From Mobula birostris (lineage: Eukaryota), in the NCBI RefSeq assembly GCF_030028105.1, contig NC_092398.1:25063649-25127648 (forward strand): a stretch of DNA of 64,000 nucleotides, read 5' to 3'. A program made the position numbers and the translations under genes. Below are positions 1 through 12,769 of this stretch, in pieces; within the stretch, counting starts at the first letter, position 1; every line of letters begins with the position of its first letter. The notes beneath the pieces are model-generated. The model had not been told where the DNA came from. It made no database searches and saw nothing but the letters and a program-made list of their open reading frames with translations.

Positions 1-388
1 GCTGAATGTGGTGGGCAAGCTACGTTGGCATCAGAATATGTGGCAACACTGGCGGGGCTGCACCCAACACAGCCTGTTGGTTGTTTCGATACACACACAC
101 GACATATAAATCAGTCTGAATCTGGGGCCACGGGACCCACTTCTGGAGCGAGCTGAGCTTAAGATCTCGAAAACCACTCTTGAAGTCTTCGGGAATTGCT
201 ACGCTGTGGGAGAGGGTAGCGATGGTGTGAAGGCGCAGCTTGGGAGGGGCACTGCCGAGGGTCCTCCACACTGAGGGAGGTGGGGAGTGGTGCCGAGGGG
301 TTGTGGCACTGTGAGAAGGGCAGGAAAATGTGGCACTGCTGAGCTCTATCAGAATCACCACACTGATACAATCTTCTAGAATAGACAC

Positions 389-2500
389 TGCAGGTTCGCA
401 TCAGCAAGTCACGTCACAGTTGTATAAAACTTTGGATGGGATGCATTTGGTTTAACTGTGTGCAGTTCTGCCCATCCCATTACAGGAAGGATGCAGAGGT
501 TACAGAGAAAATAGAACACATCACAGCACAGAACAGGCCTTTCAGCCCACAATGGAATTTGGAAGGATCGGAGGAGGAATCTCATTGAAACCTTTCAAAT
601 GTTGAAAGGTCTGGACAGAGTAGATGTGGGAAGGATGTTTCCCATGGTGGGGGAGTCTAGGACAAGAGGGCACAGCCTCAGGATAGAGGGGCATCCATCT
701 AAAACAGAGATGTGGAGAAATTTCTTTTGCCAGAGGCTGGTGAATTTGTCGAATCTGTTAGCTGTGGAGGCCAGGTCGTTTGGTGCATTTAAGGAAGAGC
801 TTGATAGGTTCTCTATTGGACACGGCATCAAAGGTTACGGGGAGTAGGGCTGAGTGGGGTGGGGGGCGGATCAGCCATGATTGAATGGTGGAGCAGACAT
901 GATGGGCCAAATGGCCTAATTCTGCCCCCATGTGTTATGATCTTATATTATGCCCGGCTATTTACCTACTCTAACATCAATCCAACCCTTCCCTCCCACA
1001 TCGCCCTCCATTGTTCTATCATCCATTTGCTTGTCCAAGAGTTTCTTAAATGTCCCCAAAGTATTTGTGTCGACTACCACCCCTGCTGAGTCGTTCCCAC
1101 CACTCTCTGTGTGAAAAACCTACCTCTGACATCCCCTCTATACTTTCCTCTAATCTCCTTAAAATTATACCCCATCATATTAGCCATTTCCGCCCTGAGA
1201 AAAAGCCTCTGGCTGTCCACTCTATCGATGCCTCTTGTCGTCTTGCACACCTCTATCAGGTCACCTCTCATCCTCCTTTGCTGTGGAGAGAAAAGCCCCA
1301 GCTTGCTGAAGCTGTATTCATAAGACATGCTCTCTAATCCAGGCAGCATTCTGGTAAATCTTCTCTGCACCCTCTCTAAATGAAGTGGCCTGAACTGAAC
1401 ACAATACTTCAAGTGTGGTCTAACTGGAGTTCTGTGGAGATGAAACATTATCTCATGGATCTTAAACTCAGTCCTCCGACTGATGACAGCAACACTCCTT
1501 ATGCCCTCTTCTCCATCCTGTCGGATTGCCTGCCAACCTTGAGGCATCTATGGGCTCCGTCTCTGTTCCTCCACACTGCTAAAAGTCCTGACATAAATTC
1601 TGCCTTCAAGTTCAACCTTACGAAGTGAGTCATTTCACACTTTTCTGAGTGGAACTCTGGGGTGTCAGAGTTCAGTGAATCAGCAATGACAGAGGCTTTG
1701 GAGAAGGTGCAGAAGCGGTTCAGCAGAATCCTGCCTGGATTCAGGGCATGGGCGATAAGGAGGGGGTTGGACCAGCTAGCGTGGTTTTCTCTGGAGAGTC
1801 GGAGGACGAGTGGAGACCTGATAGAAGTTTGTAAGATATTGAGAGGCATCGGTAGGGGAGGCAGAGTCTTTCCCATCAGTGTGGAAATGTCAAAGACGGA
1901 AGGACAGGCATTTAAGGTGAAAGGGGGCAGGAGGCAGAGAATGAAGAACAGACGCGGAGCAAATTGTTTTACGCAGAGGTGGGTGTCGGGAACAGGCTGC
2001 GAGGGTTGGTGAAGGAGCCAGACACCATAGTGGTGTTTAGGAGGCTTTTACAAACAGAGCACAGCAGCACAGAAACTGGCCCTTTGGCCCATCTTGTCCT
2101 TGCTGAACTGCTACTCTGCGTACTCCCATCGACCCGCACCAGGACCACACCACTCCCGTCCATGTACTTATCCAAACCTCTCTGAAATGTTGAAGTCAAA
2201 ACCACATGCACCACTTCTGCTGATAGCTCGTTCCACACTCTCACCACCCCGTGAGTGAGAAAGTTCCCCCTCAGATTCTCCTTGAATATCCCATTTTTCA
2301 CCCCGAACCCATGAGCACTAGTTCTAGTCTCCCCCAACCTCAGTGGGAAAAGCCTGCTTGCACTTATCCTTTCTATACCCCTCGTAATTTTGTATATCTC
2401 TTATCAAATCTCCCCTCATTCTCCTACGCTCCTGGGAATGAACTCCGAACCTGTTCAACCTTTCCCTATAACTCAGGTGCTCTAGTCCCAGCAACATCCT
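389..2500. mobile_element. Cluster of truncated CR1 LINE 3' fragments in both orientations
   Basis: Translations such as RVQRRFTRMLPGL, RMRGDLIEV, RTRGHSL and NFFTQRVV are typical of the CR1 ORF2 C-terminus; all are disrupted. Confidence 0.85.
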
Positions 2501-3130
2501 TGTAAATTTCCTCTGTCAGGGGACTGAGGGAGATAGCTCACATTAAGGCAGAGTGGATTCGATAAGATTTGATACTGTGTACATCACAAACGTGCTGAGC
2601 TGCACGGCTATTCCTAAACTGTTACGTTCTCTAGCTCAGATATAAAACAGAGACTCCATTTGCTCTCTTGTTGGTTACTATGACTGAATCTCCAAAATGT
2701 ACCAGGACAGACATTTAGAGCTCAAAGACGAGAAATGAAACGTTTTCCTGTCTTTTCCACTCTACACGCTGGGGGTACCTCCAGGGACGTGCCAAAAGCC
2801 CTGTTTCCCACGTTGCAACACTTTGAAATTACTTAATTGCTCTGAAGCATTTTGGGACTTCCTAAGCTAAAAAAGAAAGCATCTCATGGTATCGCAAAGT
2901 TTATTTCTCACTGCTGACTTCTCTGTGGAGGTACAGGAGCCTTAGTTGCCACACCACCAGGTTCAGGAACAGTAAGGACTTCAAGCATCAGGCTCCTGAA
3001 CTGGCGTGGCTAACTTCTCTCACCCCAACACTGAACAGATTCCACAACCCATGGACTCACTTTCAACTCGTGTTCTCATTATTATTTATTTATTACAATT
3101 ATTATTTGATTTCTTAATATTTGCACAACA

Positions 3131-3762
3131 GGGGCAGGAGGAGAAGATGGCAGCGCGACGCAGCGCACACAACTCTCCGGTGAAATGATATTGTATGTGT
3201 TAAATAGGGGCCGTGGACAATTCTGATTCGATGGAGACAGCCGTGAAAGCACAGAGGAACATCTGGAGAAATTTCTGAAACGCTGGTTCGCTGCCGCTGT
3301 TACTGGGCGATCGAGAATCTTCCGGAGGGAAGGCCCCAAAGTCCCCTGCTTTGCCTGCTGCTAGCGACCGAGGCTGAGGTCCAATCATTCAGATAGAGAT
3401 GGTGCTCGGTACTCGGTGACGGAGGGCTGATCAGAGGCTCAAAGTTTTCGGACGACTCAGAGTCGAACTGTGGTCGGGCATGGCAGGGAGAGTTTTCTTC
3501 CTTCTCCCATCTGCGTGAGATGTGGGACATTCAAGAGACTTTGAACTTTTTTACTGTGCCATGGCCTGTTCTTCATCAAGTTATGGTATTGTTGCACCGT
3601 TGTAACTATATGTTATAATTATGTATTTTTTGTTAGTTTTTCTGTCTTGGTCTGTCCTGTGTTTTTGTGATATCACACCGGAGGAATATTGTATCATTTC
3701 TTAATGTATGCATTACTGAATGACAATAAAAGAGGACTGCGTGTCCTCATAATCTAATCTAA
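3131..3762 (+). mobile_element. Copy A of a ~630-bp non-autonomous retroposon family
   Basis: 5' ggagaagatggcagcgcgacgcagc, 3' gacaataaaagaggactgcgtgtcctcataatctaatct; four more copies in the window. Confidence 0.8.
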
Positions 3763-5419
3763 AGTTTGTCTTTTGCACAAGGAGTGTCAGTCATTGTGAC
3801 TGGTTTTTCATTGATTCTATTGTATTTCTTTGTTCTACTGTGAATATCTGCAGGAAAATGAATCTCAGGGTAGTATTTGGTGACATATACATGCTTTGTT
3901 AATAAATTTATTTTGAACTTTGGTCAGTACTTTACCCTGGGGAACTTTACTGTTATTCTAATGGAGTCAGAGAATCATAAAGTCAGAGAGACATAGTGCA
4001 TAGAAACAAGCCATTTGGCTCAAATGGACCATGCTGGTCAAGTTGCCCCATCCAAGTCAGTCACATTTGCCAGCGTTTGGCCTGTAAGCTTCTAAATGTT
4101 TCCAATCCATCGACCTGTCCAACTGTCTTTTGGAAGTTGTTATTGCTCATCCCTTATCCACTCCCTCTGGCAGCTCATGCCACACATACTGTGTTCCACA
4201 TTCTCTGTTGTAAAGTTTCCCGGTGAGTTCCTTTCAAATCCCTTGAGCCCATGCAATGTGTTTGGGTGGTGGGGAGGAGATGTGTCTCCACCAAAGGAGG
4301 TGTAGGGTTCGCCTTCCCTCCGCTAGCCTGAAGGTCATCTTTGGGCAAGGTGTAGCACCTGCTGAGCCACCCCCCCCCCCCCAATCAGGTGGTGGATGGC
4401 CGTACGAGCAGCCGGCGCAGATCACAAGATCGCTGACACCAGGCAAACAATCTCTGAAGAGTATTGATAATGGCTGGGGTTACCTGTCATGTAAAGACAC
4501 TGTCCAGAAGGCAACAATGGCAAACCATTCCTGCAGAAAAATTTGCCAAGAACGATCAGGGTCTGTGATCGCCCACGTCATACAACAAGGTATGTATGAT
4601 CAAGGTGGTGAAACCCATACACCGTCTGTTCTGAACCCCCCACCCGGGAAAAAAAATTGAATGCATTTGCCTGAGCCGGCCCAACCTCTCTCTATAACTT
4701 AGACCCCAACATGTATAAGAATCAAGTCATTGGCCCATTGAGTCTGCTGTTCAGCACAAAGCACGCAAAGTGCTGGAGGAACCCAGCAGGTCAGCTAGCA
4801 GTTGTGGAGGTGAATAAACAGACGATGCTTTGGGCTGAGACCCTTCATCGGGGCTAGAAAGGGAAGGGAGGAGAACCCAGCATAAGAAGGTCATTGGAGG
4901 GGGTGGAATAGAAGCCGGCAGGTGACAGGTGAGACCAGGTGGGGGGAAGTTGGTGGATGCAACTCAGCCCATCACAGGAAAATCCCTCCCCACCACTGAG
5001 CACATCTGCAAGGAGCGCATCCATCATCAAGGACCCCCGCCACACAGACCATGCTGTCTACTCACTGTTGCCATAGGGAAGGAGATACAGGAGCCTCAGG
5101 TCCCACACCACCAGGTTCAGGAAGAGTTATTACCTTTTAGCCATCAAGAACCATTGAGGATAACTTCACTCACCCCGACACTGAACTGATTCCAAAACCT
5201 ATAGACTTACTTATGAGGACTCTACGACTCATGTTCTCAGTGTTATTTACTTATGTTTTATTTACACAATTTGTCTTCTTTTGCACATTGGTTATTTGTC
5301 TGTCTTTGCTTATGTATAGTTTTTCTATTGCATTCCTTCTTGCTCCTGCAAATGCCTGCAAGAAAATGAATCTGAGTATGGTATCCCGTAACAAATGTGT
5401 ACTTCAGTAATAAACTTAC

Positions 5420-5795
5420 GTCGAACTTTGACCCGTCTCCAAATCTCGCCCCTGTCGTCCACAGACGCAGACCCAGGTGACACCAGCGCACCCCTGTACA
5501 GTTACAACGGGGTGATTGTTGCTGACCGCAGCTCAGAGGGAAATTGGGCTTCTGAGACGTATCGCCAGGCGGCGCCCTCAGCTTCGAACGGCTACAATAA
5601 AGGATCCTTCAGTGACTCCCTCTCCTGTCCTCCACCTGAGGGAGCTGCGCGGAGCTCTGCCAGCTGCCCGGCACACCGGACTCTGCAGTCTTGTCTCCAC
5701 TAGGAGACCGATGGTGGTGTTCGGCTTCACTGGAACTCTGCGGTCCTCCACCCGCTCCAATTTTACACCAAGCGGGGGCCTCAATTCACCTCCCT
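5420..5795 (-). pseudogene. Possible decayed Ig C2-set-like exon
   Basis: Acceptor ttttaccttccag|AG (5796/5795) and donor C|gtaagt (5420/5419). The start frame gives VCRAAGRAPRSSLRWRTGEG, resembling the C-x-A-x-G-x-P-x3-L-x-W pattern. Needs one frameshift and contains stops. Confidence 0.25.
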
Positions 5796-6304
5796 CTGGA
5801 AGGTAAAATATCTCATCCCTCAGAAATACCCCTTGTGTCCCTAATGAACGTGGAACATCACAGCACAGTGCAGACCTTCCAGCCCACAAAGTTTACTACC
5901 AGTACAGGCCTTTTGGCCCACAATGTTGTGCTATCATTTTAACCAACTCTAAGATCAATCTAACCTTATCCTTCGATATAGCCATCCATTTTTCTATCAT
6001 CTATTTGCCCATCTAAGTATCTCTTAAATGTCTAATGTACCTCCCTCTACCACCACCCTTCGAAGTGCATTCCACCACCCACACCCCTCCGTATAAAAAA
6101 ATCTACCCCTTACATCACCCCCTAAACTTTCCTCCAATCACCAGCCGATGGATGTCCTCAAGTGCTAGCCGTTGTTCTGGGAAACTTCTCTGTCTCTTAT
6201 CACCTTGTACACCTCTATCACATAACCATATAACCATATAACAATTGCAGCACGAAAACAGGCCATCTCGGCCCTACTAGTCCGTGCCAAACTCTTACTC
6301 TCAC

Positions 6305-9300
6305 CTAGTCCCACCAACCTGCACACAGCGCATAAGCCTCCATTCCTTTCCTGTCCATGTATCCATTCAATTTAACTTTAAATGACAACATCGAACATGC
6401 CGCAACCACTTCTGCTGGAAGCTCGTTCCACACAGCTACCACTCTATGAGTAAAGAAATTCTTCCTCGTGGTACCTCTAAACTTTTGCCCTTTAACTCTC
6501 ACCTCAGGTCCTCTTGTTTGAATCTCCCCCACTCTCAATGGAAAAAGCCTATCCACATCAACTCTATCTATCCCCCTCATAATTTTAAAATCCTCTATCA
6601 AGTCTCCCTTCAACCTTCTACGCTCCAAAGAATAAAGACCCAACTTGTTCAACCTTTCTGTATAACTTAGGAGATGAAACCCAGGCAACATGCTAGTAAA
6701 TCTCCTCTGTACTCTCTCAAATTTATTGACATCTTTCCTATAATTCAGTGACTAGAACTGTACACAATACTCCAAATCTGGTCTTACCAATGCCTTATAC
6801 AATTTCAACATTACATCCCAACTCCTATACTCAATGCTCTGATTAATAAAGGCCAGCATACCAAAAGCTTTCTTCACCAACCTATCCACATGAGATTCCA
6901 CCTTCAAGGAACTATGCACCATTATTCCTAGATCCCTCTATTCTACTGCATTCTTCAATGCCCTACCATTTACCATGTATGCCCTATTTTGATTAGTCCT
7001 ATCAAAATGCAGCACCTCACAATTATCAGCATTAAACTCCATCTGCCATCTTTCACCCCACTCATCTAAGTGGTCTAAATCTCTCCGCAAGCTTTGAAAG
7101 CCTACTTCATTGTCTACAACTCCACCTATCTTAGTATCATCTGCATATTTACTAATCCAATTTACCACCCCATCATCCAGATCATTAATGTATATGACAA
7201 ACACCATTGGACCCAGTACAGATCCCTGAGGCACACCACTAGACACCGTCCTCCAATCTGACACACAGTTATCCACCACTACTCTCTGGCATCTCCCATC
7301 CAACCACTGCTGAATCCATTTTACTACTTCGATATTAATGCCTAACGATTTAACCTTCCTAACTACCCTTCTGTGTGGAACCTTGTCAAAGGCCTTACTG
7401 AAGTCCATATGGACAACATCCACCGCTTTACCCTCGTCAACTTTCCTAGTAACCTCATCAAAATGTTCAATAAGATTTGTCAAACATGACAAATCCATAT
7501 TGACTGTTTCTAATCAGACCCTGTCTATCCAGATAATTATATATACCACCTCTAAGAATAATTTCCATCAATTTACCCACCACTGACATCAAACTCACAG
7601 GCCAATAATTGCTAGGTTTACTCTTAGAACCCTTTTTAAACAATGGAACAACATGAGCAATACGCCAATCCTCCGGCACCATCTCCGTTTCTAATGACAT
7701 TTGAAATATTTCTGTCAGAGCCCCTGCTATTTCAACACTAACTTCCCTCAAGGTCCTAGGGAATATCTTGTCCGGACCCAGAGAATTATCCACTCTTATA
7801 TTCCTTAAAAGCGCCAGTACTTATCAAACAGATTACAAAAAGTAAGTACATAATAATTGGGATTATATTAATTGATAATAATTATTGGAACTTACAGTCA
7901 GGTAACACATAGTTGGTTAGACACATCCCAAAATCACACAGATTAGCAACAAAATATATAAGGAGTATACATAAAATATAAAAATATCGTAAAAAAACAG
8001 AAAAAGAAAAAAAATCCCCGAAAAGAAAGAACTAATCTACCCAAACTAAAGAAAACGAAAGAAAAAAAAGGGTAATTTTGATACCTCAGATAGAACCAGT
8101 AGTGTCGCCACTTCCGCTCCTCTCCCCGTATAATGAAATCACAAAATAGATTCGGCAAGGGTCAAATTACATCATGTGGAAGTATTGAATAAATGGTCTC
8201 CAAGTCTCATCAAATTTAATAGATGGGTCAAAAATGACACTTCTAATTCTTTCAAGATTTAAACAAGATGTAGTTTGAGAAAACCAATGAAATCTAGTAG
8301 GAGGATTAATCTCTTTCCAATTCAATAGTATGGATCTTCTAGCCATTAAAGTAACAAAGGCAATCAACCGACAAACTGAAGAGGTCAAATAATGTTTTTC
8401 TATGATTGGTAAACCAAAAATGGCAGTAATAGGATGAGGCTGTAAATCAATATTCAAGACAGTGGAAATAATACCAAAAATATCGTCCCAATATTTCTTC
8501 AATAAAGGGCAAGACCAAAACATATGAGTTAATGAAGCTATCTCAGAATGACATCTATTACATACAGGGTTTATATGAGAGTAATAACGAGCTAATTTAT
8601 CCTTAGACATATAAGCCCTATGTACAACTTTAAACTGTATCAATGCATGTTTAGCACAAATAGAGGACGAATTAACTAATTCGAAAATTTTTTGCCATTT
8701 CTCAGGAGGTAAGGTAAGCTTAAGTTCCCTTTCCCCGTCATTCTAAATTGTATTGAAAACATCTGGATTTATTTTCCTTATCATATTATAAATAATTGCT
8801 ATTGAACCTTTCTGAAAAAGGTTTAAATCCAATTTTTTTTCCAATATATCAGTGGAATATGAAATCGGAAAGGTAGTAAGTAAAGTATTTTAAAAGTTTC
8901 TAACCTCTAAATATCTAAAAAAAAAATGTGATCTAGGTAAATTATATTTATTAGATAATTGTTCAAAAGACATAAAACAATTATCGGAAAATAAATCAGA
9001 AAAACATACTTCCACTTCTTTAATCATCATACTTTCCATAACTACCCTTCTTGTTACACAATTCCTTACACAATTCAATATTCTTCTCCTTAGTGAATAC
9101 CGAAGAAAAGAAATTGTTCAAAATCTCCCCCATCTCTTTTGGTTCCGCACATAGCTGTCCACTCTGATTCTCTAAGGGACCAATTTTATCCCTCACTATC
9201 CTTTTGCTATTAATATAACTGTAGAAACCCTTGGGATTTATTTTCACCTTAGTTGCCAAAGCAGCTTCATATCTTCTTTTAGCTTTTCTAATTTCTTTCT

Positions 9301-9900
9301 TAAGATTCTTTTTACATTCTTTATATTCCTCGAGCACCTCATTTGCTCCAAGCTGCCTATATTTATTGTAGATTCCTCTCTTTTTCCGAACCAAGTTTCC
9401 AATATCCCTTGAAATCCATGGCCCTCAAACGTTTAACCTTTCCTTTCAACCTGACAGGAACATAAAAATCTCTCAAAATTTCACCTTTAAATTACCTCCA
9501 TTTTTCTATTACATCCTTCCCATAAAACAAATTGTCCCAATCCACTCCTTCTAAATCCTTTGGCATCTCCTCAAAATTAGCCTTTCTCTAATCAAAAACC
9601 TCAACCCTAGGTCCAGACCTATCCTTTTCCATAATGATATTGAAACTAATGGCATTGTGATCACTGTACCCGAAGTGTTCCCCAACAAATACCTCCGTCA
9701 CCTGCCCTATCTCATTCCCTAAAAGGAGATCCAACACTGCCCCTTCTCTGGTTGGTACCTCTATGTACTGCTGCAAAAAACTATCCTGCACACAGTTTAC
9801 AAACTCCAAACCATCCAGCACTTTTACAAAATGGGCTTCGCAGTAAATGTGTGGAAAATTTAAATCTCCCACAATCACAACCTTGTGCTTACTTACAAAT
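6305..9900 (-). mobile_element. Long CR1 LINE ORF2 relic (endonuclease end, RT, C-terminus) interrupted by an L1 fragment
   Basis: ORFs 9588-9878 (VGDLNFP), 9020-9394, 7467-7793, 6938-7498 (DFSKAFD, GVPQGSVLGP, YADD) and 6305-6691 are collinear with frameshifts. Confidence 0.92.
7823..9006 (-). mobile_element. L1-clade LINE 3' fragment inserted in CR1
   Basis: ORF 8167-8643 carries the L1 ORF2 zinc knuckle CNRCHSEIASLTHMFWSC. Flanked by tactt at 7818-7822 and 9007-9011; CR1 sequence resumes on both sides. Confidence 0.85.
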
Positions 9901-11069
9901 ATCTGCTATTTCCTTACAAATTTGCTCTAAAGTCACCTCTCATCCTCCTTTGCTCCAAAGTGAAAAGCCCCAGCTTGCTCAATCTATCCTCATAAGACAT
10001 CCCTCAAATCCAGGCAGCACACTGGTAGATATCCGCTGCACCCTCTCGAAAGCTTCCAGATCCTTCCTAGAATGTGGCGACCAACACAAGACCCAAAGGG
10101 GTTTTATAGAGCCGCAAAATTACCTGGTTACTCTTGAACTAAATCCCCCGTCCAATGAAGGCCACCTCGCCATACACCTTCTTAAGAACCTTATCGACTT
10201 GTGCAGCAACTTTGAGGGATCTGTGGACGTGGATCCCGAGTTCCCACTGTCCCTCCAACTGCTCAGAATCCAGCCACTCACTCTGCACTCTGCTTTCAAA
10301 TCTGACTTTCCGAAGTGAATCACTTCACACTTTTCCGGCTTGAACCCCATCTGCCACCTCCCAGCCCAGCTCGTCGTCTTGTCAGTATCCCGTTGTAACC
10401 CACGACAACCTTCTCCGCCATCCACATCTCCACCAAACTCCGTGTCATCTGCAAACCTACAAACCCCGCCCTTCCACATTTAATTTCCTTGGGGTTGGAA
10501 GCATGAGAATGTCTGCAGATGCTGGAAATCCAGGACAACTCACACAAAATGCTGGAGGAACTCAGCAGGTCAGGCAGCATCTAAGGAAATTAATAAACTG
10601 TCACCGTTTCGGGCCGAGACCCTCCTTCACGCCTGGAAAGGAAGGGGGAAGAATGCAGAATAAAAAAATGTGGACAGGGAAGGGGAGGAGGATAGCTAGA
10701 AGGTACATTGGTTATTTGTCTGTCTTTGCTTATGTATAGTTTTTCTATTGCATTTCTAGAAGATAGCTAGGGAGCCAGGTGGACAGAAAAGGTAAAAGGC
10801 TGGAATCTTTTACAAACATACAGAAGTATGAAAGGGAGAGGGAGAGAAGCTGACAGAAGAAGTTGTAAGTGAAGATGAGATTATGAAAGGAATATGTAAA
10901 GACAGGGGCAGGAAAGATCTATCCACTGCTGAGTGAGACTTAAACTAGATTTAGGACTGAGATGAGGAGGAACTGCTTCTCACAGATATTATTGAAGCTG
11001 TGGAATTCTCTGCCAAGTGAAGCAGTAGAGGCCACGTCACTAATTTGCATTCAGTTGCCACTCTATTGT

Positions 11070-11800
11070 CAACACCAGTACACCTGCTTGTTAATATAAA
11101 TATCTAATCAGCCAATCATGTGGCAACAACTCAATGCATAAAAGCATGCAGACATGGGCAGGAGGTTTGGTTGTTGTTCAAAGCAAACAACAGAATGAGA
11201 AAGAAACATGATCTAAGTGACTTTGGCTGTGGAATGATTGTTGGTGCCAGATGGAGTGGTTTGAGTATCTCAGTAGCTGCTGATCTCCTGGGATTTTTAT
11301 GCACAACAGTCTGTAGAGATTACAGAGAATGGTGCAAAAAACACAATGCGTATAGTGAGCGGCAGTTCTGTGGGTGAAAATGCCTTGTTAATAGACAATA
11401 GGTGCAGGAGTAGGCCATTCAGCCCTTCGAGCCAGCACCACCATTCACTATGATCATGGCTGATCATCCACAATCAGTACTCTTTCCTGCCTTCTCCCCA
11501 TATCCCTTCACTCCGCTATCTTTAAGAGTTCTATCTAACTCTTTTTTGAAAGAATCCAAAGAATTGGCCTCCACTGCCTTCTGAGGCAGAGCATTCCACA
11601 GAACCACAATGAAAGAGTTCAGAGGAGAATGGCCAGACTGGTTCAAGCTGACAGGAAGGTGACAGTAACTCAAATAACCACATGTTACAACAGCTGTGTG
11701 CAAAAGAACATCTCTGAATGCACAACACGTCAAACCTTAAAATGGATGGGCTACAGCAGCAGAAGATCATGAACATACACTCAGTGGCCACTTTAAGTAC
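11070..11800 (+). mobile_element. Tc1-derived non-autonomous element interrupted by a CR1 piece
   Basis: ORF 11120-11377 LSDFGCGMIVGARWSGLSISVAADLLGF is the Tc1 transposase N-terminal HTH. TIR-like cactcagtggccacttt lies near 11777. Confidence 0.75.
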
Positions 11801-12006
11801 CCAACTGCCTGTATAAATTTATGAAAGGCAGGAGCGAAAAAGGAGACAGGAAAATTGTAGGTGAGATGAGAACTAAGAGACATAGCCTCAACATTCTGGG
11901 GTGTTGATTTAGGAGGGAGATGAGGGGAAATTGTTTTTTATCCCCAGAGGTTTGTGAATCTGCCCTGGGTGCTTGCTCCCCATTCCAAAGACGTACGGGT
12001 TAGTAG

Positions 12007-12312
12007 TGTGTGGCGCATGGCCAAGTGATTAGGGCATTGGACTAGCGATCTGAAGGTCATGGGGTTCTAGCCTCGGCTGAGGCAGCGTGTGTGTCCTTGA
12101 GCAAGGCACTTAACCACACAATGCTCCAGTCTACCCAGCTGAGAATGGGTACCGGCAGAAATGCTGGAGGCTAACCTCGCGATAGACTGGCGTCCTATCT
12201 GGGGGCGGGGGGGGTGGGTCTCGTATTCTCAGTCGCTTCGCGCCACAGAAACCGGCATAAACAGCAGCCTGATGGGCCACAAGGCCCGTGACAGACTTTA
12301 ATCTGAAAAAAA
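12007..12312 (+). mobile_element. tRNA-derived SINE with A-rich tail and 10-bp TSD
   Basis: A-box-like tggccaagtgattag and B-box-like ggttctagcc; tail ctgaaaaaaa; gggttagtag duplicated at 11997-12006 and 12313-12322. Confidence 0.85.
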
Positions 12313-12769
12313 GGGTTAGTAGGATAATTGGTCACTTGGGTATAATTGGTTGTATGGACTCGATGGCCAGAAGGAGCTATTAACTGTGTTGTACCCCTAA
12401 ATACAAATTAAATAAAAAATAAGTTCCCATGAAGGAATGCTGTCGATGGGCAAGCTCCAAGTACAGGAGATGGAGGAACTCGGCAGGTCGAGCAGTGTCT
12501 GTGGAGGGAGATGGCCAGTCGGCGTTTTGGACCCGGACCCTTCACCAGGACTACCTCGTTCATCTCCATAGACGCTGCCCGACCCACTGAGATCCCCCGG
12601 CCCCTTGCGTGTCGCTTCAGATTCCAGCGTCCGTAAACCGACACGGTTCCCCGTGGTCCGCAAGGTCAGGAGGCACGTGACCCAGGAAAGCTGGGCTTTG
12701 AGGAAGCAGAAGTGGTTTGCCCACAGGGGGAGGTGGGTGGCAGTATTCTGCCTGGAGGTCGGTGACTAG

